DNA of 64,000 bases from Malacoraja senta (lineage: Eukaryota). The stretch covers positions 8,124,001 through 8,188,000 of the forward strand of contig CM075990.1 of NCBI GenBank assembly GCA_038087875.1, in the 5' to 3' direction. Positions 36,589-47,975 of this stretch are shown here, piece after piece (positions within the stretch are counted from its first letter, which is position 1; every line of letters begins with the position of its first letter). The notes below the pieces were generated by a model. That model did not search any database, was not told where the DNA came from, and worked only from the letters and a program-made list of their open reading frames with translations. A program made the position numbers and the translations under genes.

Positions 36589-37129
36589 TAATTTCTTGGC
36601 GTCCAGGAAGCTGAAAGGTAATCTTATGGAGGTGTATAAAATCATGAGGAGAGTAGATAGAGTGAGTTTACTCAATCTTTTTGATCGAGGAGGGAATTCA
36701 GGCCCATAATGCCAAATCTTCTGATTCAAGTATGATCAATTTCCTTTTGTACATTACTATTGAAGGAGTTTCAACAAACAGCGGGCTATGTATTCCATAA
36801 CTTAGCAACTGGTTGAATTAAAATAATAGCTGGAACGCCGGAGCAGTAGATTGTCCCATATGTGGAGCAGTGAATGGTAGAATTGAATACTAAGATGGAA
36901 CATTATTTGAAAATATGGAGTGATCGAATAGTGCTCTTTATGGGATGAGGTGGAATAGAAGCAGATTAATCCCCTGGGAAGTGTAGGAACATGTCACATC
37001 GATGACGTATGAGTGGTTCGAACCAGCAGCAGAAGAAGCATTATATGCAGATATATGAGCGGAGGAATTTATTACAAATGGTCTCCAAGGGAGAGATTTA
37101 AATCAACGTCAGGAATAAGTGAAGCAAAG

Positions 37130-37385
37130 AGTAAACTGGTGGAAAGTCTCAGAAATCCGGGCAGCATCTGAGGTGGAAAAAGATGGTCGACATTTCTGGT
37201 GGAGACCCTCCATTAGGTTTATCCCCTTTGCCTCCACAGGTGCTACTTCACCTGCTGGAGGGTCTTGACCTCCAAAGCCCTCGACTGTCCCTCTGCCCCC
37301 ACGGATGTTGCCTGACCCGCTGAGTTTTCCCCGCGGTTTATTTTTTTTGCTTCCGATTCCAGCATCTGCAGCCGCTTGTGTTTCC
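37130..37385. mobile_element. Diverged PLE-derived element(s)
   Basis: gggcagcatctg...gacatttctggtggagaccc; ggatgttgcctgacccgctgagtt...ccagcatctgcag. Confidence 0.6.
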
Positions 37386-37527
37386 GCTCAGGAATAGGTG
37401 AGGCAGGTGATTGGGGGAACATAAGATCAGGAAGGGAGCACGGGATTAAGATAACTGTGGATAAAGGTGCATGGGCTGGATGGAATGAGTGGCCTTTTTC
37501 AGTGCATTTGGAATATGAAAAATGCTA

Positions 37528-37764
37528 AAGGGCCTGTCCCACTTTCACGACCTAATTCACGACCTTTTTTACTCGTGGACATTTTTAATCATGCTAGAAA
37601 AAACGCCCCCACCTACTTGATGTCAAGAGTACCTACGACTAGCATCACGGCCCGCTACGACCTACCTACGACCTACGACCTCGTGACGACCATGCTGCAA
37701 GTATGAGTCAAGGGCAAACTCGGCAGAGGTCGTGAATTAGGTCGTGAAAGTGGGACAGGCCCTT
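37528..37764. mobile_element. MITE, TA-flanked, TIR AAGGGCCTGTCCCACTTTCACGACCTAATTCACGACCT
   Basis: Perfect ~38-bp TIRs; TA at 37526-37527 and 37765-37766; internal ctacgac repeats. Confidence 0.92.
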
Positions 37765-38027
37765 TACTCTCATTTTCAGCTGTGTGGAGAACAATTGCAA
37801 TAATTACACTATATCCATTAGTGGATGTGCTGGGGTATGGCTGGAAGGCGAGAACTCGGCCTCACAATAAACAGACTGCAAACTCGACTTGGGAATCTGC
37901 TGCTTGTAGTCACTCTCAATCATCCATTATCCCTGGATAATTTAGTGTTAACGCAGGTGGGAGTTAATTTAGATACTCTTGTATCAGCAAGTAACAACAA
38001 ATAGGTGATACCTCCTTTTGTGCAGCT

Positions 38028-38195
38028 TACCTTCGTATCGCACTAAACGTTATTCCCTTATGTATCATCTATGCACTGTAAATGGATCGATTGTAATCAT
38101 GTATTGTCTCTCCCCTGACTGGTTAGCATGCACAAAAGCTTTTCATTGTACCTCGGTACACGTGACAATAAACTAAACTGAGCTGAACTGAACTA
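38028..38195 (+). mobile_element. Rex1-type LINE 3' UTR fragment
   Basis: aaagcttttcattgtacctcggtacacgtgacaataaactaaactga; the same tail is attached to Rex1 coding sequence at 46475-46825. Confidence 0.65.
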
Positions 38196-38287
38196 GACTG
38201 AGCCCTCTGTAAAGCATGGAAGAGGTTTGGAAGTTACATGCTGGGGATCTGCAGAGGGGCAAGAGTGCGACAGAACTGTGCGGACCA

Positions 38288-38592
38288 GGGTGGCGCAGCG
38301 GTAGAGTTGCTGCCTTACAGCGCCGGAGACCCGCGTTCGATCCTGACCACGGGTGCTGTCTGTACGGAGTTTGCACGTTCTCCCCATGAGCGCGTGGGTT
38401 CTCTCCGAGCTCTTCGGTTTCCTCCCACAATCCAAAGACATACAGGTATATAGGTGAGTTGGCATGGTATATGTGTAAATTGTCCCTAGTGTGTGTAGGA
38501 TAGTGTAATATGTGGGGATCGCTGGTCGGTGCGGACTCGGTGGGTCGAAGGGCCTGTTTCCGCGCTGTATCTCTATGCTAAACTAAACTAAA
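38288..38592 (+). mobile_element. tRNA-derived V-SINE (HE1-like), near full length
   Basis: A-box-like tggcgcagcggtag, B-box gttcgatcc, V-domain, CR1-like 3' stem-loop, (CTAAA)n tail. Confidence 0.92.
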
Positions 38593-39764
38593 GTCACATT
38601 AAATTTAGATGGAGTTTCAATATACACTGCACTTATGGGCTGGGCTTCGTACAATCATTTGACATTGAGGCACAGTGTGTGACATCTGCAGGATGAGAAT
38701 GTTTACAAGCTGGGGCATTATGAGCATTACAGAGTTGAAGTCCGGGACAGGGGGTTTAAAATGTCCTGTTTCCTGCTAACTGGCTTAAACTGCAGCTGAA
38801 ATGGATCAAGCATCGATGATGGAGTCTGCCCACAGTGTGTTAGGGAATTGTAGCAGCAGGTTCACAGAAGGCTGACCTGGGCTCCCACCCCCCCCCCTGC
38901 TCCACCTGCCTCTCCTTAACTTTCCGCTGACGTTTAGTCAGTGTGTCCCCGCTTCTGTCGACGACACCGTGTGCTGCAGAAAGCTACTTGTCAGCGACCA
39001 CGGACGAGTCCCAAGCTTCCTCCCTGTTAGAAGCATGAAGGTTGACCTCCGAGCAGCCAGTGATTCGGGGCAATTAGAACTTTGAGTCCCCGATCACTGA
39101 GGGAGAACTGGAGCAGACAGTGATGGGCAAGTCACTGGGCTTTACTAATAAGCCGAACCTCGTCTGTGCAACTGGGAATGAATGTGCACTGGCTAAAGCT
39201 GCTCTTGCTCAAAAATTAAAAAATATCAGACAACCAGTCTGAATCATTTTAGCAAATCTCTGCGGCAGATGGTCCAGGAGGAGCATATGAACTCATGATC
39301 CCTAATACTGGCACTCTGTGTTATCAGTCGATTATACTGCTGCATTGTGATATTCTGATTGTTCGCATTACACTGGCATCTCCTGAGCTGTGTCAGGTTT
39401 TGCTTCTCTGAGCCTTGTCAGTGGTCTGGTACATCACGGCGGAAACTTGTCTGCAGTTTTCAGCTGAATTCCTTTCTGTTTTCATCTTCTAATTCCCACT
39501 CGTGATTTCCATTGCCGTTTTCTCAGCAATCATCATTTGGCCGTCTGACACTCCTCCCAAAGTGAGCCGAGGAGTTTTTCCGGAGCTGATTCATCTTCAA
39601 GCTACTCCGAATGCTGTAGTGCTATCTGCAGTGGGCATGTTGGAGATGCTGCCTGACCCGTTGAGTTACTCCAGCAATTTGTGTCTATCTTTGGCAAGTT
39701 GGCCTTTTCCAGCCATTCCCTCTTCCACAATCCATGACCTCCACTTGGCTTCAGTGGGTCAGGA

Positions 39765-40190
39765 AGTCTATATTCACTGGAATTTAGAAGGATGAGAGGG
39801 GATCTTATAGAAACATATAACATTCTAAAGGGATTGGACAAGCTAGATGCAGGAAAAGAATGTTCCCAATGTTGGGGGAGTCCAGAACCAGGGGTCACAG
39901 TTTAAGAATAAGGGGTAGCCCATTTTGGACTGAGATGAGGAGAATCTTTTTCAGCCAGAGAGTTGTGAATCTGTGGAATTCTCTGCCACAGAAGGCAGTG
40001 GAGGCCAATTCACTGGATGTATTCACGAGAGAGTTAGATATAGCTCTTTGGGCTAACGGATTCAAGGGATATTGGGAGAAAGCAGGAACGGGATACTGAT
40101 TCTGGATAATCAGTCACGATCATAATGAATGGTGGTCCTGGCTCGAAGGGCCGAATGGCCTACTCCTGCATCTATTTTCTATGTTTCTGT
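39765..40190 (+). mobile_element. CR1/HER1 LINE 3' end
   Basis: Peptide FPMLGESRTRGHSLRIRG...FFSQRVVNLWNSLPQKAVEA and 3' UTR ending tttctatgtttct. Confidence 0.9.
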
Positions 40191-41721
40191 AAGAAGCTTA
40201 TCGATGCCTGAAGGGGAATGTTAATATTTCAGACGTGGAGGAATAGTCAGGACCATGCTCTGGTGAATGGACACAGCTAGAAGAACAGCCTGCCTTTCAT
40301 TTATTCAGCTGCCTGTGGCTAGAGGTGATTAGCCGCTGATGAATTTCCAGTTACTGACTTATTTACAGTAGGATTTGTTTACTAATGCAAGTCACGAGGA
40401 CTAAATGCGTGGTTGCAATACGAATACTAAATTGGCTTAAAGATGAAAGATGAAACTGCCAATGAATGATAGTTTAAGGCCGGAGGGGAGGATTGGTATT
40501 TGGACCATTTGGCATCATTTCAAGATTTGCTAATGACACAAAATACAAAAAAAGTTACAAGCGGCGAGCAGATATTAATGGACTTTGGGAGGTGAAGTCA
40601 GGCTGGTGATGTGAAGGAGGTGTGTAGAAAGGAACTGCAGATGCTGGTTTATACTGAAAATAGACACAAAGTGCTAGAGTACAAGTAAGAGCTGGAGTAA
40701 GAACATATGAATGAGTGTTTGCAAAGCCGGAGGGATGGATTTGTGGCTATGGTGGAGCCACAGGCAGCAGGTAACTTGTGTCATGTGGAGTAACATGTTT
40801 ACATATTCTCTTGTGCTGCTGCAAGTAAGAATGTAATTGTTCTGTCTGCATGTTATGGCAATAAAACACTCTTGACTCTTGGTTCTGTTGAAGTCTATTA
40901 TGAGGAGTATGAAATGGAGGCCATTCAGCCCATCGGAGTCTTATGGGAGCAATCCCATCCTTCCCATTCCCCCACTCCTTATTTCCTTGTTGTTGTCCAA
41001 CCAGTTCTCTCTCCCACAAAGTTGCCTCTTTTTATCATTTACCTTAACAAGGGATAATTTACAGAGGCCAATTAATTTATCAACATGACTTTGAGATGCG
41101 GGGGGAAAGCGGAGTAGTTTTCGGGTGGGAAGCAGACAGCTTCCAAGGCCAGGATCAAGCCCAAGATCCCTGGAGCTGGGAGACAGCAGTTAACTTCTGC
41201 ATCACCACTCTGCCCTGAATGTCGAGAAGCATGTTAAAAACCACCTATGATCCTTGTTATCGAGGACAAAAATATGGACAATACGCTAAATCGTTGTGCA
41301 CCACTGGTTAGATCTCAGCTGGCTTCGAGCTTTGGAATATTGTCAGCACCTTAACAGGGGAGGGAGAAAAGATTTACTAGTCTGGACTGAGTGATGCGGA
41401 ATTCATTTGTGCATTGCGGTCGGAGAAGCCGTTCTCTTTGCAGTGGGGGCGGTGAAAAGAAATGCTCAGTTGCATTACCTTATTAATAGAATGTAAAAAT
41501 ATCCAGTGGCAGGAGCTTCGATAACCATTCAGTTAATCTAATTAGGAAGAGAAGGGAGATAAGCAGAATATGTTTTCATCTGATGAGTTGTTGTGATCTG
41601 GAATGTGCTGCCTGAAAGGACCTTGGAAGCAAATTAATTTGAAAAGAGAATTGGGTAAATACTCAAAGCGGGAACGTTTTGTGGTGTGCGGGGAATAGGC
41701 AATAGGCACATGAGCATCATA

Positions 41722-41930
41722 TACACAAAAAGCTGGAGTAACTCAGCGGGACAGGCAGCATCTCTGGAGAGAAGGAATGGGTGACGTTTCAGGTCGAGGC
41801 GCCTCTTCAGACTGAACCCGAAACGTCACCCATTCCTTCGCTCCAGAGATGCTGCCTGTCCCGCTGAGTTATTCCAGCTTTCTGTGTCTATCTTCGGTTT
41901 AAACCAGCATCTGCAGTTCCTTCCTACACA
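41722..41930. mobile_element. PLE-derived foldback element with clear target duplication
   Basis: Near-perfect ~70-bp inverted arms, a ~40-nt extension on the right, and cacatgagcatcata at 41707-41721 and 41927-41941. Confidence 0.88.
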
Positions 41931-42359
41931 TGAGCATCATAAATGTGTGAATAAACCAGCAATATGCAAGCCTGGAGAAGTAACCTCTAAACCCTGTACT
42001 GGTAATGACAAATTTAGATAAATACATAGGTTCAAAAAGCAGGTGACAGCAATGGTGAGGGCTATGTCCTCTAGTATATTTAACAACTCCACCCTGGGGG
42101 AAGAAGGCTCTGGCTGTCTCTCCATATCTTTACCTCTCATAATTTTATATATATATCTATCGGACCAAACAAATCCATCTCTCCTTATGGCTAATGGCCT
42201 CTAAGCTGGACAACAAGCTGGTAAATTTCTCCATACCCTCTCCAAAACCACCACGTCCTTCTTAATGTGTGACATCCAGAACTGCATACGCTCAAGCAGC
42301 TACGACCTGCCCTGGGCCAGGACAAATTGTTGGTGATATTTACTGTACATCTAATTCCT

Positions 42360-42476
42360 GTTTCTCTGTCCCCTGACTCTCAGTCTGATGATGGGACTCG
42401 ACCCGAAATGTCACCAATTCCTTCTGTCCGGAGATGCTGCCTGTCCTACTGAGTTACTCCAGCATTTTGTGTCTAA
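42360..42476 (+). mobile_element. PLE pLTR fragment
   Basis: Core ctgatgatgggactcgacccgaaatgtc at 42385-42412; tctaattcctgttt repeated on both flanks. Confidence 0.8.
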
Positions 42477-42559
42477 TTCCTGTTTTTTTCATTTGGGAGA
42501 CCTTCTGTATAAACCGATCATAGTGATTGCACCTTTCTTATTCATGAGCTTTACCCCAA

Positions 42560-42925
42560 TGAGTTATAGAGTCATAGAGTGATGCAGTGTGGAAACATAC
42601 CTTTCAGCCCAACTTGCCCACACCGGCCAACATGTCTCAGCTACACTAATCCCACCTGTCTGCGTTTGGTCCATATCCCTCCAAACCTGCCCTATCCATG
42701 TATCTGTCTAACTGTTTCTTAAATGTTGGGATAGTCCCTGCCTCAACTATCTTCTCTGGCAGCTTGTTCCATACGCCCACCACCCTTTGTGAGAAAAAGC
42801 TACCCCTCAGATTCCTATTAAATCTTTTCCCCTTCACCTTAAACCTATGTTCCCTGGTCCTCAATTCACCTACTCTGGGCAAGAGTGCATCTACCAGAAC
42901 TATCCCTTTCGTGATTTTATACACT
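42560..42925 (-). mobile_element. CR1 LINE 3' end
   Basis: Peptide RFKVKGKRFNRNLRGSFFSQRVVGVWNKLPEKIVEAGTIPTFKKQLDRYMD; catagagt tail. Confidence 0.9.
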
Positions 42926-42959
42926 GGACGAGTCTTTGAAGACGTCCTCTTTAAGTGCG

Positions 42960-43660
42960 GCAGTACTATACTTGCTGATCAGGTGGGCACCTCCCCTGCA
43001 GCTCCTGCACCCCTCCCTAACACAACTGGAACATCTGAACCCTAGAACGTTGAGCTGCCAGTTTTGTCATTCTCACAACCAAGTTCCTGTAATAGTTGCA
43101 ACATGTACTATGTCATATAAATAGTTCCACCTACTAATTTGGGCTCAAAGTTCAGCGGCCTTGCCCGTTATACCCCGTGTATTAAAATGTATACACTTCT
43201 GACTCTCATTTCCACCTATCCTTCCCATTAAACTTACATAACCTCTACCTTTTCCTACAGCCCTGCTCTGCTGGTTTAAACACTCTCGAGTCACACTAAT
43301 AAATCTCCCTGCAAGGATATTGGTGCACCTCCAGTTTAGGTGAAAACCTGTCCTCCTTGTATGGGTCCTACCTGCTCTGGAAGAGAGCACAATGATCCAG
43401 GTATTTGATGCCTTCCCTCTTGCACCAGGTCTTAGGCTGTGCCTTCAACTAGATATCTTCCTATTTCTTGCCATGCTAGTTTGTGGCACAGATAGTAATC
43501 CTGAGAATACAACCCTAGGAATCCTGCTTTTTAACTTTCTGCTTGACACCTTAAATTCCCTTTGAAAAATCTTGTATCTCTTCCTTCCTAAGTCATTACT
43601 ACCAACATGGACCACAACCTCTGGCTGCTCGCCCTCTCCTTTGAACATCCTGTGCCTGCT
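42960..43660 (-). pseudogene. Degraded CR1 ORF1 (SGNH esterase-like) and start of ORF2 (APE endonuclease)
   Basis: GEGEQPEVVVHVGSNDLGRKR...RVVFSGLL (ORF1 esterase motif) followed by KCIHFNTRGITGKAAEL (ORF2 N-terminus-like). Confidence 0.75.
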
Positions 43661-43664
43661 CAGA

Positions 43665-44640
43665 CACAGGGTTGGTTCAGGAATCAGATTGCAGTGGGGA
43701 AAAAGCCATTCTTAAGTACAATGGGATCTGGAGGGTCCTTGTTCATCAGTCTATGAAAGTAAGCATGCAGGTACAGCAGGCAGTGAAGAAAGCGAATGGC
43801 ATGTTGGCCTTTATAACAAGAGGAGTCGAGTATAAGAGCAAAGAGGTCCTTCTGCAGTTGTACAGAGCCCTAGTGAGACCACACCTGGAGTATTGGGTGC
43901 AGTTTTGGTCCCCTAATTTGAGGAAGGATATTCTTGCTATTGAGGGAGTGCAGCATATGTTTACAAGGTTAATTCCCAGGATGGCGGGACTGGCATATGC
44001 TGAGAGAATGGAGCGGCTGGGCTTGTACACTCTGGAGTTTAGAAGGATGAGAGGGAATCTTATTGAAACATATAAGATTGTTAAGGGTTTGGACACGCTA
44101 GAGGCAGGAAACATGTTCCCGATGTTGGGTGAATCCAGAACCAGGGGCCACAGTTTAAGAATAAGCGGTAAGCCATTTAGAACGGAGACGAGGAAACACT
44201 TTTTTTCACAGAGAGTTGTGAGTCTGTGGAATTCTCTGCCTCAGAGGGCGGTGGAGGCCGGTTCTCTGGATGCATTCAAGAGAGAGCTAGATAGGGCTCT
44301 TAAAGATAGCGGAGTCAGGAGATATGGGGAGAAGGCAGGAACGGGGTACTGATTTGGGATGATCAGCCACGATCACATTGAATGGTAGTGCTGGCTCGAA
44401 GGGCCGAATGGCCTGCTCCTGCACCTATTGTCTATTGTCTATTAAGTCTGGACATCCAGTCTTTCAGGCTCCTGTATCTTCTACCAGAAAATAGAAAAGG
44501 GAATGGCAAGAGTGGCAGGTATCCTTGATGATGCTTCCAACCTTCCCATGCAATGCACAGTGTAGATGACCTGGATGGAAGGAAGTATCTTACCCTGGGA
44601 CCAGAGAGGCAGCAAACCATCCTAAAATCTTGCTTGCAGC
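43665..44640 (-). mobile_element. Rex1/Babar remnant split by a CR1 insertion
   Basis: Minus peptide FSGRRYRSLKDWMSRL at 44445-44500 continues at about 43665-43717. Confidence 0.6.
43718..44441 (+). mobile_element. CR1/HER1 LINE, 5'-truncated, open C-terminal frame
   Basis: About 200 open codons (LYRALVRPHLEYWVQFWSP...FFSQRVVSLWNSLPQ); (CTATTGT)n tail; ttaagt at 43712-43717 and 44442-44447. Confidence 0.93.
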
Positions 44641-45774
44641 AGCAAAAAATGTCTTACTATTCCCTTAACTATAGTCCTAACTGTAGTGTTCACTGCTATT
44701 TGACCCCTGAAGCAAACACTTCTTTCGCACCCTCTTCCTGGAGGTACGGCCACATATTCTTGCTCTTAACTCTACCTTATGCAGTTATTCCGTTTTTGTA
44801 CTTCAATGTTTTTTTGCACCATTGGATTGCACTAAAATGTTGCACCACTTTGCACTTGTTGCTGTATATACTGTTAACTTTATTGCATGTATACTGTTTA
44901 CTCCTTGACCTTCACCCGAGCAAGGAATTTAATTGCACTCTGGTGTATATGAAAATGAAGTAATCTGAATCTCAACTGAGCCATGATCTTAAGTTGGGGG
45001 TGTGAGGCTCCCCTGCTCTCACTGTGTATGTTTGTATGTCCTTATGCCCAGCACAACGGAGCATCATCTTAATGTCATTTTGTGCAGTATCTTTGGGCAC
45101 TTTGTCAGTAGTTTGTAATCCATAGCATATATCACACAGAAAAGCTGACTAAAGGAAATGAAAATGGAAGTGCTCACTTGCTTCATGGGATAATTCTTTG
45201 ATATTGAGATGAAGGCACAGTGTGCTATGGTGTAGGAGTTCTAATCTATTAATTCATGTGGTGTAAGCACAGAAGTCCTGGAGCACTTGGTGTTGATGCA
45301 GTATGAGACATGTTTAATTCTTTGTGTCTCACTTTGACAAGCACACAATACTCTTTTGTCAGGGGGAGTTGCAAAGAAATTAAGCAGCAGAAGAATTTTG
45401 GGTCAATCTCTATCCTTGATTATATTCGTTCTTCTCACACTCCGACAGATGCATTATGCACTGTATTTCCACAGCTATATTTTTTTCTGCTGATTAGTGT
45501 TAATTAAAGTGTAATATTTATGGAAGTAGTAATTTGTTGTGGTATTTTGTAAACAGAGGTTGGTTGCTGAATGCATTTTGAGCTGTGTAGGAATTTGTTG
45601 AAATGATTATTATGCAAAGTTGGCTGATCTGCTTTACATATCAGCCTTACATTTTCACCATCTGCAACCCAACAGCTGATTAATTGCTGCTAGTAGTTAT
45701 TTTAAATCTTTGCCCAATTAAAAGTGAATGTCAGTTTTGTGATTCTCTGTACAAATCTATGTAAATGATACACT

Positions 45775-45852
45775 CTCTCAGTCTGAAGAAGGGTTTCAAC
45801 CCGAAACGTCACCTATTCCTTTTTTCCAGAGATGCTGCCTCACCAGTTGAGT
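45775..45852 (+). mobile_element. PLE pLTR fragment with intact hammerhead core, split by a MITE
   Basis: ctgaagaagggtttcaacccgaaacgtc at 45783-45810; arm gagtta|ctcc resumes at 46463. Confidence 0.82.
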
Positions 45853-45854
45853 TA

Positions 45855-46460
45855 AAGGCCTGTCTCACGAGTCTGCGGTCATTGGCGGCGAAACGGGAAG
45901 AATCTGCCGCCATAGACCGCGCACTCGTGAGAAGGTACAATTCCCGGGCCGTGCGGCGGTGTTCCCAACACCGCGCGGTGCTAAAATAAAATCGACAATG
46001 TCGAAAAACATATACTCACCGCACAACCTCCACCAGTGATGCACGAGTGCGGCACGGCAGCCCGCACGGGCCGCCGCCAGTGTGGCTCGAGCGCCGTGCG
46101 TCAAACCTCCACTGCCACAGCCTCCGCCAGTGAGGCACGTGCCGCCGCCAGTGAGGCACGTGTGCTGCACGGCCGCAGGCACAGCCACCGCTACAGCGCC
46201 GCGATCAGGATGGCCGTCGCCACAGCCGCCGCTGGTGAGTCACGTGCAGCGGGCCGACGTCATCGCAGTCGGCCCGCCCTTTTTTTTACTTACCGCAAGC
46301 ACGTGGGACCCGCCGTGTTTGAATGAACTCGGCCCCCGCGCAGCATCCGTGCGGCGCTCCGGTGGATAGGCTCGACGCTCTCGCCGTTGCCGCGCGGTCC
46401 TCGCTACCGGCGACGCCGCGCTTCACCGCCGATGACCGCAAACAGGTAAGACAGAGCCTT
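45855..46460. mobile_element. GC/CpG-rich MITE of the same TA-flanked family
   Basis: Imperfect TIRs aaggcctgtctcacgagtctgcggtcattggcggcgaa / ttcaccgccgatgaccgcaaacaggtaagacagagcctt. Empty site gagttactcc is reconstructable from the PLE consensus. Confidence 0.85.
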
Positions 46461-46474
46461 TACTCCTGCATTTT

Positions 46475-46825
46475 CAGTTTAGTTTACTGCCACGTGTACC
46501 GAGGTACAGTGGAAAGCTTTTGTCGCATGCTAACCAGTCAATAGAAAGACAATACATGATTACCATCGAGCCATCCAGTGTACATATACATGATAAAGGG
46601 AATAACATGAATAACATTTAGTGCAAAGTAAAGTCTGATCAAAGATAGTCCAAGGTTCTCCAATGAGGTAGATAGTGGCTCAGGACTGCTGTCTAGTTGT
46701 GGGTAGGATGGTTCAGTTGCCTGATAACAGCTGGGAAGAAACTGCTACTGAATCTGGAGGTGTGCTTTTTCATACTTGTATATCTCTTGCCCGCAGGGAG
46801 AGGGGAGAAGAGGGAGTGACCAGGG
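46475..46825 (-). mobile_element. Rex1/Babar LINE 3' end
   Basis: Minus strand encodes HTSRFSSSFFPAVIRQLN-like terminus, then 3' UTR ending cacgtggcagtaaactaaactga. Confidence 0.75.
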
Positions 46826-47339
46826 TGCATCTCATCCATTTTCTATCTGTCAACAGTGTAAACCAACATCTGCAGTTCCTTCCTACACAGTGTGCAAATA
46901 ATACATTCAACTCTCTTGGCATTATTTTGAAAATCAAATAGTTCTTTTTTTTTTAAGGATATGACATGTATTGCAAGGAATGATGAGTAAATGAGTCTGT
47001 TTTTCAGTATAACTATTTTATTCTGGACTAATGTGTGACCAGGGCTCACTATGTCCATTCTGACCATCATGTTGGTGAATATGTGCTCAAGCCTTGGACT
47101 AGTTAGGTGTCAACTGTGGTTCTGTGTTACCAGTTTCTCCTCACATGAAAAGTTAATTGATGCTCGAAGCACGCTTGAAACTTGAGAATAAAATCCAGGC
47201 TAGGAGTATCTTTCAGATTAGATGTTAAATTGTGACCCGATCTGTCTTCTCAGAAGGACATAAAGGAATTCTCTGAAGAAGGAGCCAGGGAATTCTCCAG
47301 CATGCTGTAGTCACTGTTGAAGCCTTAATTGAACAGTTT

Positions 47340-47975
47340 ATCTGTGGAGCAACAGCGGTGGACACCATAGGCATTATTGGCCAGGCCGACCCTGCAACAC
47401 TGCCAGGACAACGGGTCTTCATGGTCAGGTCAAGAACCCTGCACTTACAACAACTGGGACTTGAAAATGGCACCAAACTGCCAACACTGTATACTGGGCG
47501 ATGTTTTGTGTCAAGACCCTAAAGAAGGGCTTCGACACAAAATGTCACAATTTCCTTGTCTCCACAGATGCTGCCTGTCCCACTGAGTTACTGGAGTTTT
47601 TCGAGTCTATCTTTGGTGCATAACCAGCATCTGCAGTTCCTTCCCACGCAGATTCTGCATGCTGTCTCAGTGCACTACAAGGTGGAGAGGCGCAGACAAT
47701 GGCCCACCTACTGACTTGCGGCGGAGAGGCATGCACTGCGGACGATCTCCGCAGAGGCACAGATATGTCACTGGCTGTGGCAAAGCGATGGCAGAACGTC
47801 GTCTGACACTCGAGCGAGCGAAGTGCACTACAAGTACACACTTGTACTCTATCTGAGATACATATCTACAGTGCATCAAAGTACTTATGTAGAGAGATAC
47901 TTGTACTAAACTGTGTACAAAATGAGTTTCACTGTACTTCAGTACATGTGACAAAGTTCTATACCATACCAATTT
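47340..47975 (+). mobile_element. Unclassified retroposon with Rex1-type tail, carrying PLE and Vingi-like insertions
   Basis: ggccaggccgaccctgcaaca...cttcatggtcaggtcaaga...acttacaacaac is shared in inverted orientation with 51305-51720; ends tacatgtgacaaa. Confidence 0.6.
47682..47821 (+). mobile_element. Vingi/Ingi-like LINE 3' tip
   Basis: 13-bp duplication agtgcactacaag (47669-47681, 47822-47834). 47684-47806 encodes GEAQTMAHLLTCGGEACTADDLRRGTDMSLAVAKRWQNVV*; short (GAGC) tail. Confidence 0.72.

Noticed and set aside
38288..38360. tRNA gene
   Set aside because: A/B-box-like head continues into a V-domain and LINE-like tail, so it is a SINE.
43672..44352. 226-aa ORF as a host gene
   Set aside because: It is the C-terminus of CR1 ORF2 in a 5'-truncated copy, with its start in unrelated flank.
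45865..46544. GC-rich ORFs or a host CpG-island promoter
   Set aside because: The GC-rich segment is bounded by MITE TIRs inserted into a PLE arm; ORFs reflect low stop frequency.
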